This document shows positions 12,083 to 25,675 of a DNA stretch of 64,000 bases, piece by piece. How positions within the stretch are numbered: the first letter of the stretch is position 1; every line of letters starts with the position of its first letter. The translations under genes were made by a program, and so were the position numbers. The notes beneath the pieces are model-generated. The model saw nothing but the letters and a program-made list of their open reading frames with translations. It was not told the DNA's origin and did not search any database. Origin of the DNA: Octopus vulgaris (Eukaryota); the NCBI GenBank assembly GCA_951406725.2, contig OX597822.1, forward strand, positions 23,436,001 through 23,500,000, given 5' to 3'.

Positions 12083-13630
12083 AGAATGTTGAATAGTTGT
12101 GGATCCCTGAAACTCAAGCTGTTACAATATTGGGTCCTTATTCTAGATGGAGAAGATAGGATCTTTGGTAGTTCGCAGTGCCGTCCTGTTCGATAGTTGG
12201 TTTAGCTTTCAATTCCAAAGGTGGAAGGTGGACATTCTAGGACCTCCTATATGTGTATCAATGCATATCTTTCACGCCTTCTCTCTAAGGAGTAGAGTTT
12301 CTGTTCCCTAAGCCTTTCACAGTAGCTCATTTTTTTCACTGAGTCAATCTTATTTGTGTAGTGGTGCTGGATTGTCTCAAATTCCGCCACCAGTTCGACG
12401 CTCTGTGGCGATCATAATTGGGAGCAGTAATCCAGATGACTCAGAACGAAAGTTCTCCCTAGGAGCAGCATGGTCTCCTTTTCTCTTGTTCTGAACGATC
12501 TCAGAATCTATCCAGCAGCTCATCTGCCCAGTGTTGCCCTCTTGGTAAAACGCACATGGAATGTTGCATGGTGACACGTGTGGGTTCCAGGTCTCACCCT
12601 GACTCTGATTCTAGGAGCATACTACCCTTTGGTCCTGTGTAGTTTGTTTGTGTGCCGATAATGGAGTGCTTGAAAGTTCTCAGCGCTGAATTGCATGTTA
12701 ATTTCATCATCCCACTTGCATATTGCATTCAGGTCTTTTTGCAACTTTAGTATGGGATCAGAAACCTTGACTGTCTGTGATACTTTGATATCAACAGCAT
12801 AGATGGTGAGAGTGGCCGATTGTATGGCCGAGGGCGTGTCTGAGAGAGCCACCACAAACAATAGTGGTCCCAGTACAGTTCCTTGAAGGACTCCTCTGAG
12901 ATTTGATCTCTCCCAGGAGATAGCACATTGGCTGCAGATGTCTGACCTCTGCCTTTTAAAAAGTCATGCAGCCACTCTCGTAGCTCTCCAGCGATACCAA
13001 GGTCACGCAGTTTGTGACATTTCATCCCGCGATCAACTTCGTCATAGGCCTTGGCAAAGTCGAGATATATCATAATACACATTTGAGAGGTTGAGCTGCT
13101 GTTTGAGACCCCGATCATAATGCTGTTGTAGCTATGTTCCAACATGGACGGAAGCCATATTGGGTGTCTGTGGGCAAGTTAATTTATTTCAAGAAAGTGA
13201 TCAGCCTCCTTCTGGCAATGTGTTCCATGACCATGCTAACATTGTCAGAGAGATAGGCCTGTAATTATTTAGCATCTGTTCTGCTTCCTCCTGTATGGAC
13301 GATGCGTATTATATCTTCTTTTAAGATTTTGGGAAGTTTACTACATGCAAGAAAATTCTGAAAAGTATCTGCAGTAATTTTCCGATAGCTTTCTTACATA
13401 TCTTTAAAAGAAAAGCAGGAAATACATCTGGGCCCGTTGTTGAGTTCTTGTTCGTCTCATCAGCGGCCGGTATTACGTCTTCCTCTTTTATGTCGAAGTA
13501 GCTGATGGTTGCTTTTTCCCGTGTAGAGAAGCCCTTTAGGCTCACTTATTTGCATGATTCCCAGTGGAAAATTGACGACACTTTGGAATTGTTTGTTTAC
13601 CACTTCACTTATCCTCCTCAGTTTGCATAT

Positions 13631-13797
13631 AGGCGCAGGAGTGACTGTGTGGCAAGTAGCTTGCTTACCAGCCACATGGTTCCGGGTTTAGTCCCACTGC
13701 GTGGCACCTTGGGCAAGTGTCTTCTACTGTAGCCTCGGGCCAACCAAAGCCTTGTGAGTGGATTTGGTAGACGGAAACTGTATGTGTGTGTGTGTGT

Positions 13798-13845
<48 letters not shown>

Positions 13846-14047
13846 TTGTGTGTCTGTGTTAGTCCCCCCTACATCGCTTGCCAACCGATGCTGGTGTGTT
13901 TTCGCCCACGTAACTTAGCAGTTCGGCAAAAGTGACCGATAGAATAAGTACTAGGCTTACAAAGAATAAGTCCTGGGGTCGATTTGCTCGACTAAAGGCG
14001 GTGCTCCAGCATGGCCGCAGTCAAATGACTGAAGAAGTAAATGAGTA
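13631..14047 (+). mobile_element. Full-length SINE family A with internal (TG)n
   Basis: Colinear with 8699-9155; interrupts the LINE relic. Confidence 0.9.
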
Positions 14048-14791
14048 AGTTTGTGAACCGTCTTCTTCAAACAGTAGCCCTATCATGTGAACCGAGGCAG
14101 ATTTTTTTTAGCAAATATATAGAAGGCTTTAGGATTAATTTTTATATTTTCCACTTCCCTGGTTTCTCATTCTACCTTTTCCTTTCCATGGAAGAGTCCG
14201 AGATTATTTTCGGTCTCTTTGAAATAGAAATTTCTCGCTATCATTAAATTGCCTATTTAAGCGATTGGAGATCCTTATTCTCTGTCTCATAAGGACTCCC
14301 TTATCTCGGGGCATGATGCTTTTGTATGTAATGGCTCTCCTCTCTGGGACAAATTTAATGCATATGGTTCGCATTACTGACACGAATTCTTTAAGTTTCA
14401 TATCAATGTCTTGCATCTAGAAACTTTTCACTGAAGTATCTGTTTTCAAATTGACTTCCAGTCAGACTTGTAGGAGTTCAGACTGGATAGGGTTTGGGTG
14501 TTATATGTGTGGAATACATCTTTAATTAGTTTTGGACCATACATCGTTCTATGATGCTTATATATATATACACATATATATACATACATACATACATACA
14601 TACATACATACATACATACATACATACATACAACATACATATGCGTGTGTGTGCGTGTGTGTAACTGTATATGTATTTACTACAGAAAACCGACTCACTC
14701 TGCGCTTACAAAATTTTCTCACATATATATATATGTGAGAAAATATACACACATACTCTCATACACACACACGCACGCACACACACACATG

Positions 14792-14827
<36 letters not shown>

Positions 14828-15294
14828 TGCACACACACACACACAGACATATATATTGCGCACGGAGGTTTTTCTGTAAGATGTATTTGAGAATCATACT
14901 TCCGTGTATTTATTTGAAATAGATATTGATCACGGCCCAACACAGTTCTAATTAGTTGCACACCACTCTCAGTGAATAATTAACTCAGTTACACAAATTA
15001 AGCAGTCTTGTGTGAGATTCATGTATTTCCAGTTCCACCGCCCTACCACGTGTAACTTACACGCAAGCACGCGCGCGCATACACACACACACACACGCAC
15101 ATACTCGCATACACTCACACGTAAGCACATACACACACGTATCATATGTACATGAGTGTGTGTGTGCGCGCGCGCATATATACACATATATGTATGTATG
15201 TATGTGTGTGTCAAAGGGTGCTGGAGGACAAGCGTAGACAAAGACGCGCACGCACGCATGCACACACACACACACACACACACACACAACACTG

Positions 15295-15356
<62 letters not shown>

Positions 15357-15507
15357 CTGGCTTCTTTCAGTTTTGGTCTGCCAAATCCAAATTGAAAGCT
15401 TTGGTCGGCTCAAGGTGTCACACAGCGAACCCAGTACCATGTGGTTGGGAAGTCCGACATGCTAACGATTCTGCCACCTCGTCTAAGTCATGCATACATG
15501 CAAATCC

Positions 15508-15581
<74 letters not shown>

Positions 15582-15597
15582 TCATCTATCTATTGTT

Positions 15598-15722
15598 CAA
15601 ATGTGCAGAAAACAAAAGACGAAGATAGGTGTATGAACAAGCAACATTCGGGAAGAATGGAAAAGTCTTTTACGTTTCGAGCCTACGCTCTTCGACAGAA
15701 AGAATTAAGAGGGGAGAAAATA
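15598..15722 (-). mobile_element. HHR-bearing PLE-derived repeat
   Basis: 15666-15703(-) reads tcttt-ctgtcga-a-gagc-gtag-gctc-gaa-acgt-a-aaaga, identical to 30160-30197; lies between (TCTA)n and (TG)n. Confidence 0.75.
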
Positions 15723-15726
15723 TATG

Positions 15727-15787
<61 letters not shown>

Positions 15788-15816
15788 GTGTCTCTTTCTA
15801 TCTATATATTCATATA

Positions 15817-17079
15817 TCAGGTCATCCCATAAATTCTGTCCGATTTTACCGTTTTTAGAATTGAATGAAATGTAATAGTATTTTTGAATGTCAAATGGAA
15901 TTAAAAATGATTTTTATGCATTTGTATACATTTATACAGAATAATAGAATTAAAATTTCTTTGATTAAAACCCTTTCTAACATGGAAGTATCCAAAGAGC
16001 ATTTGAGGCAAATAATGCTTTATGAGTACAAAAAAGGAAACTCTGCAACCGAAGCGACTCTAAACATACCCTCAGTTTATGGGAAAGAATGCTTGAATGA
16101 AAGAACTTGCAGAAGATGGTTTTCAGAATTCAGAAGTGGAGATTTCAGCTTTGAAGATGAAGAGTGAACAGGACGTCCAGATGAGTTTGATGATAAGCTC
16201 CTTGAGGCATTACTTGCAGAAAATCCTGCATTATCAGTTGAAGAATTGGCAATAAAATTTAGTTCAAACCATACAACTGTTCATCTTCAACAATTTGGAA
16301 ACGTTCCTAAACTTGGAAAATGGGTGTCTCATGAATTGTCCGAAAGCAAGCGCAAATCCCGAGTTGACATCTACTCTTCTCTCCATTCTCGCGAACTCAT
16401 TTCACCCTTTTTGGATAGATTTGTGACTGGTGACGAAAAATGGATCTTCTATCGAAATGTTAAACGTCATAAACAGTGGCTTGGTAAAAGGGAAAAAGCT
16501 CTACCACAACCGAGAAGGGAACTTCTTGGGAAAAAGGTTCTTCTATCTATCTGGTGGGATTGCAAAGGAGTAATTCACTTTGAATTGTTACCACCTAATG
16601 CAACAATCAATGCTCAAGTTTACTGTCAGCAATTAGAGCGTTTGAACCAAGCTTTGAAGAAAAACTGACCCGCTTTAGTGAATGGAAAAGGAGTGATATT
16701 TCATCAGGAAAATGCGCGACCCCACACTTCAAAGGTCACATCACAGAAGATCGAAGAGCGTGGATGGGAAAAAATTCCTCATGCACCTTATTCTCCCGAC
16801 CTACCTCCTTCAGACTACTATTTGTTTCGTAGTTTACAGAATCATTTGGGGAACATAACTTTCACAAGCCAGGAGGAGGTCGAAACTGACATTTCAGAGT
16901 TCTTCGCTTTGAAACCAAAAGAGTTTTACATTGATGGGATTAAAAAGCTTGTAAATAGATGGAAGAAAGTAATAGATAATCAGAGAAAGTACATTGATGA
17001 TTAAATTTCAATTAAATATAACACTTGATCACTTGTTATCTTTATTCAAAATTCGGACAGAACTTATGGGATGACCTGA
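15817..17079 (+). mobile_element. Full-length mariner (DD34D) transposon, 1263 bp, inactive
   Basis: About 28-bp TIRs tcaggtcatcccataa(a/g)ttctgtccga with TA on both sides; transposase 15982-17004 with WVSHEL, VTGDEKW, HQENARPH, YSPDLPPSDY; in-frame stops. Confidence 0.96.
15982..17004 (+). pseudogene. Mariner transposase pseudogene
   Basis: Split over ORFs 15865-16167, 16246-16668 and 16678-17004; second catalytic Asp reads Glu. Confidence 0.92.
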
Positions 17080-17199
17080 TATATGCATACATACATACAT
17101 ACATACATACATATAGAAATCCTTAAATCCTTAAAAATGTTTCAATCCGAAAGCTGCAGCCATGCTGGGGCACCACCATTGAATGGAGCTACACTAGTA

Positions 17200-17243
<44 letters not shown>

Positions 17244-17628
17244 TATGTATCTCTCTCTCCCCCCTCTCTCTCTATATATATATACCTATGTATATGTGTG
17301 TGTGTGTCAGTGTGTGCTTAATATTAACAATATATGTGTGTGTGTGCAGGGAAACAGATAGAAATATAGTTATATAGTAACAGAAAGAGAGAGAGATAGT
17401 GTGTGTGTGGGTTGTCTTTCTGCAAAATTGCTGTTTATAAATAGATATTTGAATCAACATATACGAAGCGCATATTATGAGAAGAAACACTTATACATTG
17501 ATAAAGAAGACACACTCGTCTCACGCGATAATTTTAACGGCTTCTTTTTTTGACTTAATTTCTCTCCCTCTTTCACTAATTTAAAAAAATTATTTTTATA
17601 GAATGAAGTGTGCGCGTGTATGTATATA

Positions 17629-17668
<40 letters not shown>

Positions 17669-17777
17669 TGCGTGTGTGTGTGTGTATTTCTCTTCCCAAC
17701 CTTTCTCTCTGTTTTTCTCAATATATTTATATTATTTTTATATATAGAAATATATCTGCTTGTTGGTGAAAATGTCA

Positions 17778-17843
<66 letters not shown>

Positions 17844-18142
17844 ACATATATATACATATATATAGGTGCGTGAGTGCATTTGTGTGTGTATGTTTTTATA
17901 TATACATATATATATATATGTATATATATGTTATATGTATGTTTGTATGTATGTATATATGTATATATATATTGATATATATATATATTTATATATATAT
18001 ATATACATATATATACATATATATAGGTGTGTGAGTGTATTTGTGTGTGTATGTTTTTATATATACATATACATATATATACATATATATATATATATAT
18101 GTATATATATGTTATATGTTTGTTTGTATGTATGTATATATG

Positions 18143-18176
<34 letters not shown>

Positions 18177-18639
18177 CACGCACACATATACAAATATATA
18201 TACATGCACACACACATATACAGACGTCTGTGTGCGTGTATGTACGCATGTATACCTGTGTATGTATTTATATGAATTCACGTTCATATCAATATCGATA
18301 TATTTGTACGAAAATCTTCGCTGTGTGTGTGTGTGTGTGCGTGTTCGTGTGCGTGCGTCTCCTCTCTCTCACTTTCTCTCTCTCTACCTTTCTCTATTTA
18401 TCTCAATCTATTTATTCCTCTACATATGTAGGTGTTTATGTACATAGAGAGACACACACATAAATATACACACCCACGTGAGTGTGTATGTATGTGTACG
18501 CTAGTTGTGTACATCTTTGCTGTTGATAACTTCCCACAGGCGACTAAGTGCGGTAAAAACATTTAAATTTATAATAATATTTACATTTATAAATTAAAAA
18601 TAAATATTTATTTCGTTTTGATAATAAATATTTGATATT

Positions 18640-19670
18640 TCCAACACATCATAATCGTATGTCATAATTATATTCAGACCTTCGTTTAAAATATTTCATA
18701 CGGTGTAGTTGCCTCCATTTAGAATATATTTATCATATCGTATTTCTATGACATGTAATAACCATAATCTTATGACCTAATTAACAGACCTTTGAGTACA
18801 ACGTTGCAGTTGCGCAATTTTAGGACATGGCATTTTATAAATTTAGCACATCACAGTTATATGACAAATTATAATCATATGACCTAGCATAGTTATATAA
18901 TATAACTAGTAGTATCGCCCGGCGTTGCTCGGGTTTGTTTCGACCCTTTAGAATTGAAATTTTTGAAAAGTAAAAATTTTGCATTATGTAGCTTGTCATT
19001 CTCTTTAAGTGAACATTTTTCTGGTGAAATTCACAGAAAAATGGCGACACAGCAGTCAAAAAATCGTAAAAAATAGGGATTTTCATAGAAAAAAAAGCAC
19101 CTTTTTGATGTAAATAATTTTTGGTGTTAACATGGTCCGATTTGAATTTTATCTTCTACGGAATGGAGAGCAAGCCTTCTTCTGTCATACTCTCAATTTT
19201 GGTCAACTTGCGCCGCATGGTCTCGGAGGAGATAGTGTTAGTTGAAGGCTACCAAACCTGCCACACACAGACAACTTCAGCTTTATATATAGAGATTAGT
19301 AGATATTCGTATAAAATCATTTATTGCATTTTATTGCGTACTTTTAGGATATGATATTGCTATATTTACTATATAATAGTCATGCAATATATCAATCCAG
19401 TGACATGTTCATATGAAATGATCATAGAGCTTCGTATTTCGTCGCACCCTTTTAGGATATATTTCCTATATATTTATCATATCACAGACATATGACTTAT
19501 CGTAATCATATGACCTGTCTTAGTTGTATGACATAATTAGTTGATTTCGTATAAACGGTGTTTATGCATTTCATGTATGTTCACCATATCGTAGACATAT
19601 CTTAGACATATGACGTATCATAATCATATGACCTGCAATAACTATATGTCATAAGTTCCTTATAAACTGC
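18640..19670. repeat. Degenerate tandem repeat (about 110-120 bp unit, atcataatcatatgacct motif)
   Basis: Motif recurs near 18648, 18760, 18869, 19499 and 19618; interrupted by a Helitron. Confidence 0.6.
18906..19295 (-). mobile_element. Non-autonomous Helitron
   Basis: Minus strand begins TC(tctatatataaag), ends with hairpin cccgagcaacgccggg then CTAG, inserted between A and T with no TSD. Confidence 0.85.
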
Positions 19671-19924
19671 ATTGGTGTATCTGTTTACATTTTGCAGTGA
19701 GTTGGAATCAATCCGATACTGAGTCTGTCATCTATGATCTAATCTAGCGCTGGTCTGCCCATGGGCAGGTCCTGTGCATGAGAACTTTCTCCAGCACTCT
19801 CTATATGATCTAGAGAGGGACCGTACCCTCCCCTACCACCGTTCAGAAGATTACGGGGACTTCGGCTATCATGGCTAGACCTGGGATGAATACTGGCGTG
19901 GTTTCTTGTTGTCTTCTGGAGGCA

Positions 19925-20140
19925 GGTGGGATTTGAACTCAGAATGCAGAGAGCCGGAAGATATACCGTAAAGCATCTTTGCCGACGTGCCAACGATTCT
20001 GCTGCTCCCCCATCCAACAGAGCAACTCGAAATGAAGTGTTTTGCTCAGGAGCACAACGCATCGCCCGATCTGGGAATCGAAACCACGATCATGCGATCG
20101 TGAGTCCAACACCTTAACCACTAGGTCACGCGCCTACACT
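19925..20140 (-). mobile_element. Adjacent SINE B and SINE D 5' fragments
   Basis: atttgaactcagaa..aacgattctgc (family B) and gaaatgaagtgttttgctcagg..gggaatcgaaacc..taaccactagg (family D). Confidence 0.7.
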
Positions 20141-20521
20141 GTTATTTATCCAACGTTTATTAAAAGCAAGAATGCGTGGTTTACATCTTAACTGGGATCA
20201 AGAATCGATTCTTCTACTGAACTGACGCCTTATTTTATCGATTCCAATAGAGGGAATGAGAAAGGTGACTTCAGCGAAATTTGAACCCCGGATTGCTATT
20301 AGATAATCATCATAGTAAAATGCATAGACGCTGACATAGCTTTGTGTTTATGGAGCTCGTTTTTCAATCACGTGAATCCACATTTGATCCGACTGCGGAG
20401 CGCCTTGAACGAAGTGTTTTCTTTCATAGTGAATGGTAGAGAGAAAAATATACGGAAGCCCATCCGCAGAACTTATCCCGTATTTGGGTTGTAGAATTAA
20501 CCGGTTGCCATGTTTAATACC

Positions 20522-20755
20522 TATTTCTTTACTACCCACAAGGGGCTAAACACAGAAGGGACAAACAAGGACAGACAAACGGATTAAGTCGATTACATCG
20601 ACCCCCAGTGTGTAACTGGTACTTAATTTATCGACCCCGAAAGGATGAAAGGTAAAGTCAACCTCGGCGGAATTTGAACTCAGAACGTAACGGCGGACGA
20701 AATACCGCTTAGCATTTCGCCCGGCGCGCCAACGATTCTGCCAGCTCGCCGCCTT
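20522..20755 (-). mobile_element. Full-length SINE family B
   Basis: Flanking direct repeat tgtttaatacc at 20511-20521 and 20761-20771. Confidence 0.92.
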
Positions 20756-21400
20756 TGTCGTGTTTAATACCGTCATATGAACACTTGGGTGTCTTTAAAG
20801 GAGTTTACTCTGTCACAAGCATTCGGGTCTGACTGCTCCCCAGCTCTGAGTATAACTTCCTCGATCTTATTCCTACCCCCTCATCTCCAATAACCGAGGC
20901 CTTGAAAAGTGGGGTCACGTGTGCTGCTTTTCTTCTAATTAAGTCATTAAAATACCACCCCCATTCTAAGAAAACAAATACAAACACACACACACACACA
21001 CACAGATACGCACACACACACACACACTTTTACACACACGCGCATACAAACACACAAACACACACACTTTCAAGTACACGCACACACACACATACAAGCA
21101 CACACACACATTTCCACGCACACGCACACACAGACGCACATAGAGATACATACAGTTAATTATTAATGAGCTTAGATTCACGTTCTGTGACACGTTTCTT
21201 CCGTGGAAGACTGCAATCATAAAACTGACACGTGACAACATATTAGATTTTCGTGGGAAATAAAAGAAGTCATTTCCTAAAAAGATTCAGTGAAATTTGC
21301 TTACAACAAGAAACGAGAAGCGAATTTAAAAGGAAATGCAAACAAGCTTTAAATAACATTTGATAACTAAATGATATTTATAAGAACAGATGCCGTAGAG

Positions 21401-21455
<55 letters not shown>

Positions 21456-21712
21456 CTCCTAATTAATGGAACCGATCAAAGAGATTCCGGTACAACCACG
21501 CTGATAAAGTCGTTTGATTTGACTTGCATCTTTCCTCATCCTATACTTGTTTCGGTCTTCGGACTGCGGCCATGCTGGGGCAACGCAGTGAAGGGTTTAG
21601 TCCAGAGAAGGGGAACCTGCGGACTTCCGTCTGCGGCCATTAGTTTATTTTCTTTCTTTTTTTGACATCGAATATTTTTTGTCTAAAATCATTATACGCC
21701 CTAAATTTACAA

Positions 21713-21743
<31 letters not shown>

Positions 21744-22569
21744 GCACACACACAGACGCACACACACACACACACAAACACACGCACACACACACACACA
21801 CAAACACACGCACACACACACACACAGACGAAAGGAAAGTTATCTGTGTTTAGTGAAGTCACTCCCAGAGATTGGAAGCATTTTTCTTTAAACCCAATGA
21901 ATTCAAACTCAAAGCAACAAGTATATAAAGGTAATATTTCCTTGTCAGCCACACCAGCCTAGGTGGGAGTAGGTGACTTCACGTATGATGCACGAAAAGT
22001 TCCTGTTTCGTCCACCTTTTCATTGTGATCTGTGCTCCGTACTTTACTTAGTAATTGTATAGTCGTGGCCAACTTCTTACTGACTTGTTTTGTGAAACTG
22101 AGTTAGTTATAAGTCTGTCAGTGCCTGCGTTAATTTTACAGACTTCCTTTTTATCATTGAGACTTTATAAGTGATACACTGATCGTATTCATTGCTACTC
22201 TGTTAAAACGGTCTTAGACAAGACACTATCAATCAGTGTCCGAACCCATGTTCTTGGAATCTTAGTCATAACTTCAACAATTGTCATTATTTTGTGAGAT
22301 TGGAAACCATCGATATTTGACATTATTTCTGCAACAATTAGCTAATGATAAATAATAATACTAATAACAGAAAAAAATGATAGCTAATCTAGATGTTATT
22401 CTGTCTCGGATGGTAGTAACAATTGCTAAACTCAAAACCAAAAACATGGTTTTGAATGCAAACTTATCGCGCCTTGTCTAAGACTGTTTTATTTGGGTGA
22501 GTGTTGCGGCCGGCTTTACTAATTCATTATTAAACTTCTTTTAATGGTTTTTCAGAATAAATACAGTTC

Positions 22570-24304
22570 TTTTTAACGAACTTCGAAAGAAGAAAACAGG
22601 TTCTTCAATGAGGAATGGAAATTGTAATATTATTTTTGGTAAATAGCGGAGGCAAAATGTTTTGCTTGTTTTGTGATACCGCAATTGTAACGGTTAAGAA
22701 ATTCAATGCACAGCAACAATATGATCTTCATAAAGACTATAAATATGCCAAATTAGAGGGTGAGTCTCGAAAGATAGCATTGCAGAAATTGAAAGATAGA
22801 AAATAAAAGCAAAAACAATTTTTCCAATCTGTGTTGCATCAAGGTAGAAGCCAGCTATAAAGTTGCATATTTGCTTGGAAAAAAAGGTAAGCCATTTAGC
22901 GATGCAGAACTCACAAAAGAAGTGGTAGGATGTATAGATCCCGATAAAGTCAACAAATATAAAAAGGTGTCTCGTTCAAGAAGGACTAATACAGATTGAC
23001 AGCATGAATTGGTCTATGATGTAATAGAACAGTTGAGAAATATAATCCAAAAAGAAAATGTATATTGCTCGGTAGCCTTGGATGAATCGACAGATTCCAC
23101 TGATTCAGCACAAGTATTGTATTTTATTCGTGCTATAAGTGATGATTTTCAAGAATATGAAGAATTATTTGCTTTAGGCACCCTTAAAGGAAGGACGCGA
23201 GGGATAGATATTTTTAACAACTTCAAAGAGCAATGTCATAAAGTAGGACTAAATTTTACTAATTTGGTGAATGTGTGCATGGATAGTGCCCCAGCTATGG
23301 CTGAAAATGAAGGATTTATTGCACATCTTAAAAGAGTAACCAAAGAATCAAATGTACTGATTTCTTTTCATTGTATTTTACACCAGCAAAATTTCTGTGC
23401 AAAATCTGCCATTTTAAATGACACTTTGCAGAAGGTTATAAGTATTTTAAACTATAATCGAGTAAATGCCTTGAAGCATCGTCAATTCGAAACATGATGA
23501 TGATGGATGACGAAGTAATTAATGTGGATTTGCCTTATCACTCAAAAGTACGCTGGTTGTCTCAAATGAAAGTATTGGTCAAAATTTCGTCTTTACGAAA
23601 GCAAATAATTGACTTTTTCAAAGAAAACAACAAACATTGTGATTTATCAGATCCAAAATTTTACAGAGATGTTGCATTCTTACGTGATGTGATGTCAAAA
23701 CAAAATGAGTTAAACATTTCGCTGCAAGGCAAAAATAAATGTATTTATGATATGCGGCAAAAGATTTAGGCATTTAGAAAAAAAAAATTGTCGTTTTTCA
23801 AGTTCCTTTTGGCTCAATCAAAACTTTCAGAAGAACGCTTTTCTCAGCTTATGAAGGTATTGAGTGAAAATGAGGAAAATATCTATGAATCTTTTGAAGA
23901 ATACGTGTCAGTTTTAGACTCATAAATAGCAGACTATAATAAAAGATTCAAGGATTTTGGAAAACATAACATCATTCTGAAACTTTCCCGAAGAGTTACA
24001 AAGGGAGCTTATTGAATTGTCTGAAGATAATATTCTGAAATCTCTGTTTGACAAGAGGGAAAATCCCATCGAAATTTGGGAAAATGCAGTAGAATATCCT
24101 CGTTTTCGTGAACATGTACGCCGACTAATTTTCTGCATTTCTTCAACATACTCTCGTGAATCCTCATTCTCGTACTTGACGCAAATCAAGAATTTATTGA
24201 GAACGCAATCGACAGACGAGCATGTGGAGGACCAATTGGAACTAAGAACCACCATGTTAGAGCCTGATATCAAAATGCTTTCTAAAAAAAAAAAAGCAAA
24301 TTGA
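22570..24304 (+). pseudogene. hAT (Buster/Charlie/SPIN-like) transposase relic
   Basis: BED-like CLFC, SVALDESTD..AQVLYFIR, CMDSAPAM, FHCILHQ, VRWLS, and dimerisation motif STYSRESSFS; multiple stops and frameshifts; TIRs not confidently located. Confidence 0.92.
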
Positions 24305-24314
24305 AAGAACATTG

Positions 24315-24455
24315 GTTTCATTATTTACATTCGACGGATATTTGTCCTCATCTTGTTTGTTGTTAACACGTTTCGGCTGATATACCCTCCAGCCTTCTTC
24401 AGGTGTCTTGGGGGAAATTTCGAACCTGGGTTCTCATTCCTAAGGTATTTTTCGA

Positions 24456-24460
<5 letters not shown>
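24315..24460 (-). mobile_element. Short repeat with HHR-like core, abutting (ATT)n
   Basis: 24365-24407(-) reads gacac-ctgaaga-a-ggctg-loop-cagcc-gaaac-gtgtt; downstream part recurs at 54186-54297. Confidence 0.65.
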
Positions 24461-24539
<79 letters not shown>

Positions 24540-25306
24540 GGTAGGTGACTAGCTGGCAGAATACTGTGCGGCATTTTTTCTAACTTTATATTCTGACTTC
24601 AAACGCCGACGGGGTCGACTTAGCCTTTCATCTTTGCGAAGTCGATAAAATAACTACCTGTTCCACACTGGGGAGTGGGGTGTCAATGTGTGAACAACTT
24701 GCCCGCACTCTCAAAATTGCTGGCCTTGTGTCAAAATTCAAAACCACCACCACCACCACCACCACCACCACCACCACCACCACCACCACCACCACCACCA
24801 CCACCACCACCACCACCACCACCATCATCGCCATCGCCATCATCGCCATTTCATTATTGCTATTATTATCGGTGTGTAGAACGCAATAATCACATTGATC
24901 AACATAATTAAAAACTAAAACATGAATAAAGAAAGAAAAAAAAAAACACCAAAAGAAAAAAATCCCCCCCAAAAACAAAGTAGGTAAAAATCTCTCATCA
25001 ATTGGTTGTTTTCTTTATGAGCAACAGGGAACCATAATATCGATTGGTTGATTGGAATTCTGTCCATGACCCAAATGTCTGATGAGCTTATTGTTCACAC
25101 ACACGCGCACACACACGCACACATCCACGCACAAATACGCGTAAATGTGCGTTTATGTACGCATTCATATGCTTGTGCGCGTGCGCGTGCATGCATGCAT
25201 TCATTCTCACGAATTTATATCTATAATCATATATCTGAATGTAAATATCTATTATACGTGTGAATATGCACTCATCAATCAATCAATCAATCAATCAGTC
25301 TATCTG

Positions 25307-25379
<73 letters not shown>

Positions 25380-25445
25380 ACTTGTTTCACTCATTAGGCT
25401 ACGGGCGTACTAGGGCAATGCCTTACATACAAACATACATACATA

Positions 25446-25477
<32 letters not shown>

Positions 25478-25491
25478 TATATATGTATATA

Positions 25492-25544
<53 letters not shown>

Positions 25545-25635
25545 TTTAATTCTTTTATACGTTTCAGCCCTGAGGCTGTGGCCATGCTGGGGCATCGCAA
25601 GTGATACACACACACACACACACACATGCACGCAT

Positions 25636-25675
<40 letters not shown>

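Larger units (their letters stand above)
11670..14530 (-). mobile_element. CR1-like LINE ORF2 relic interrupted by two SINEs
   Basis: TGPDVFPAFLLK, IYLDFAKAYDEVD..KLRDLGIAG..WLHDFL, YAVDIK (degenerate YADD), LQKDLNAICKW; many stops and frameshifts. Confidence 0.85.

Noticed and set aside
18640-19670. CRISPR-like spaced repeat
   Set aside because: Eukaryotic context, degenerate units with related spacers and no cas genes; a decayed minisatellite.
22205-22490. 17-bp inverted repeat pair (aaaac.gtcttagacaag) as the hAT TIRs
   Set aside because: Both lie upstream of the transposase, only about 290 bp apart; possibly a small MITE, but no TSD could be defined.
22570-24304. Domesticated GTF2IRD2/ZBED-like host gene
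   Set aside because: Multiple stops and frameshifts indicate a dead hAT transposase.
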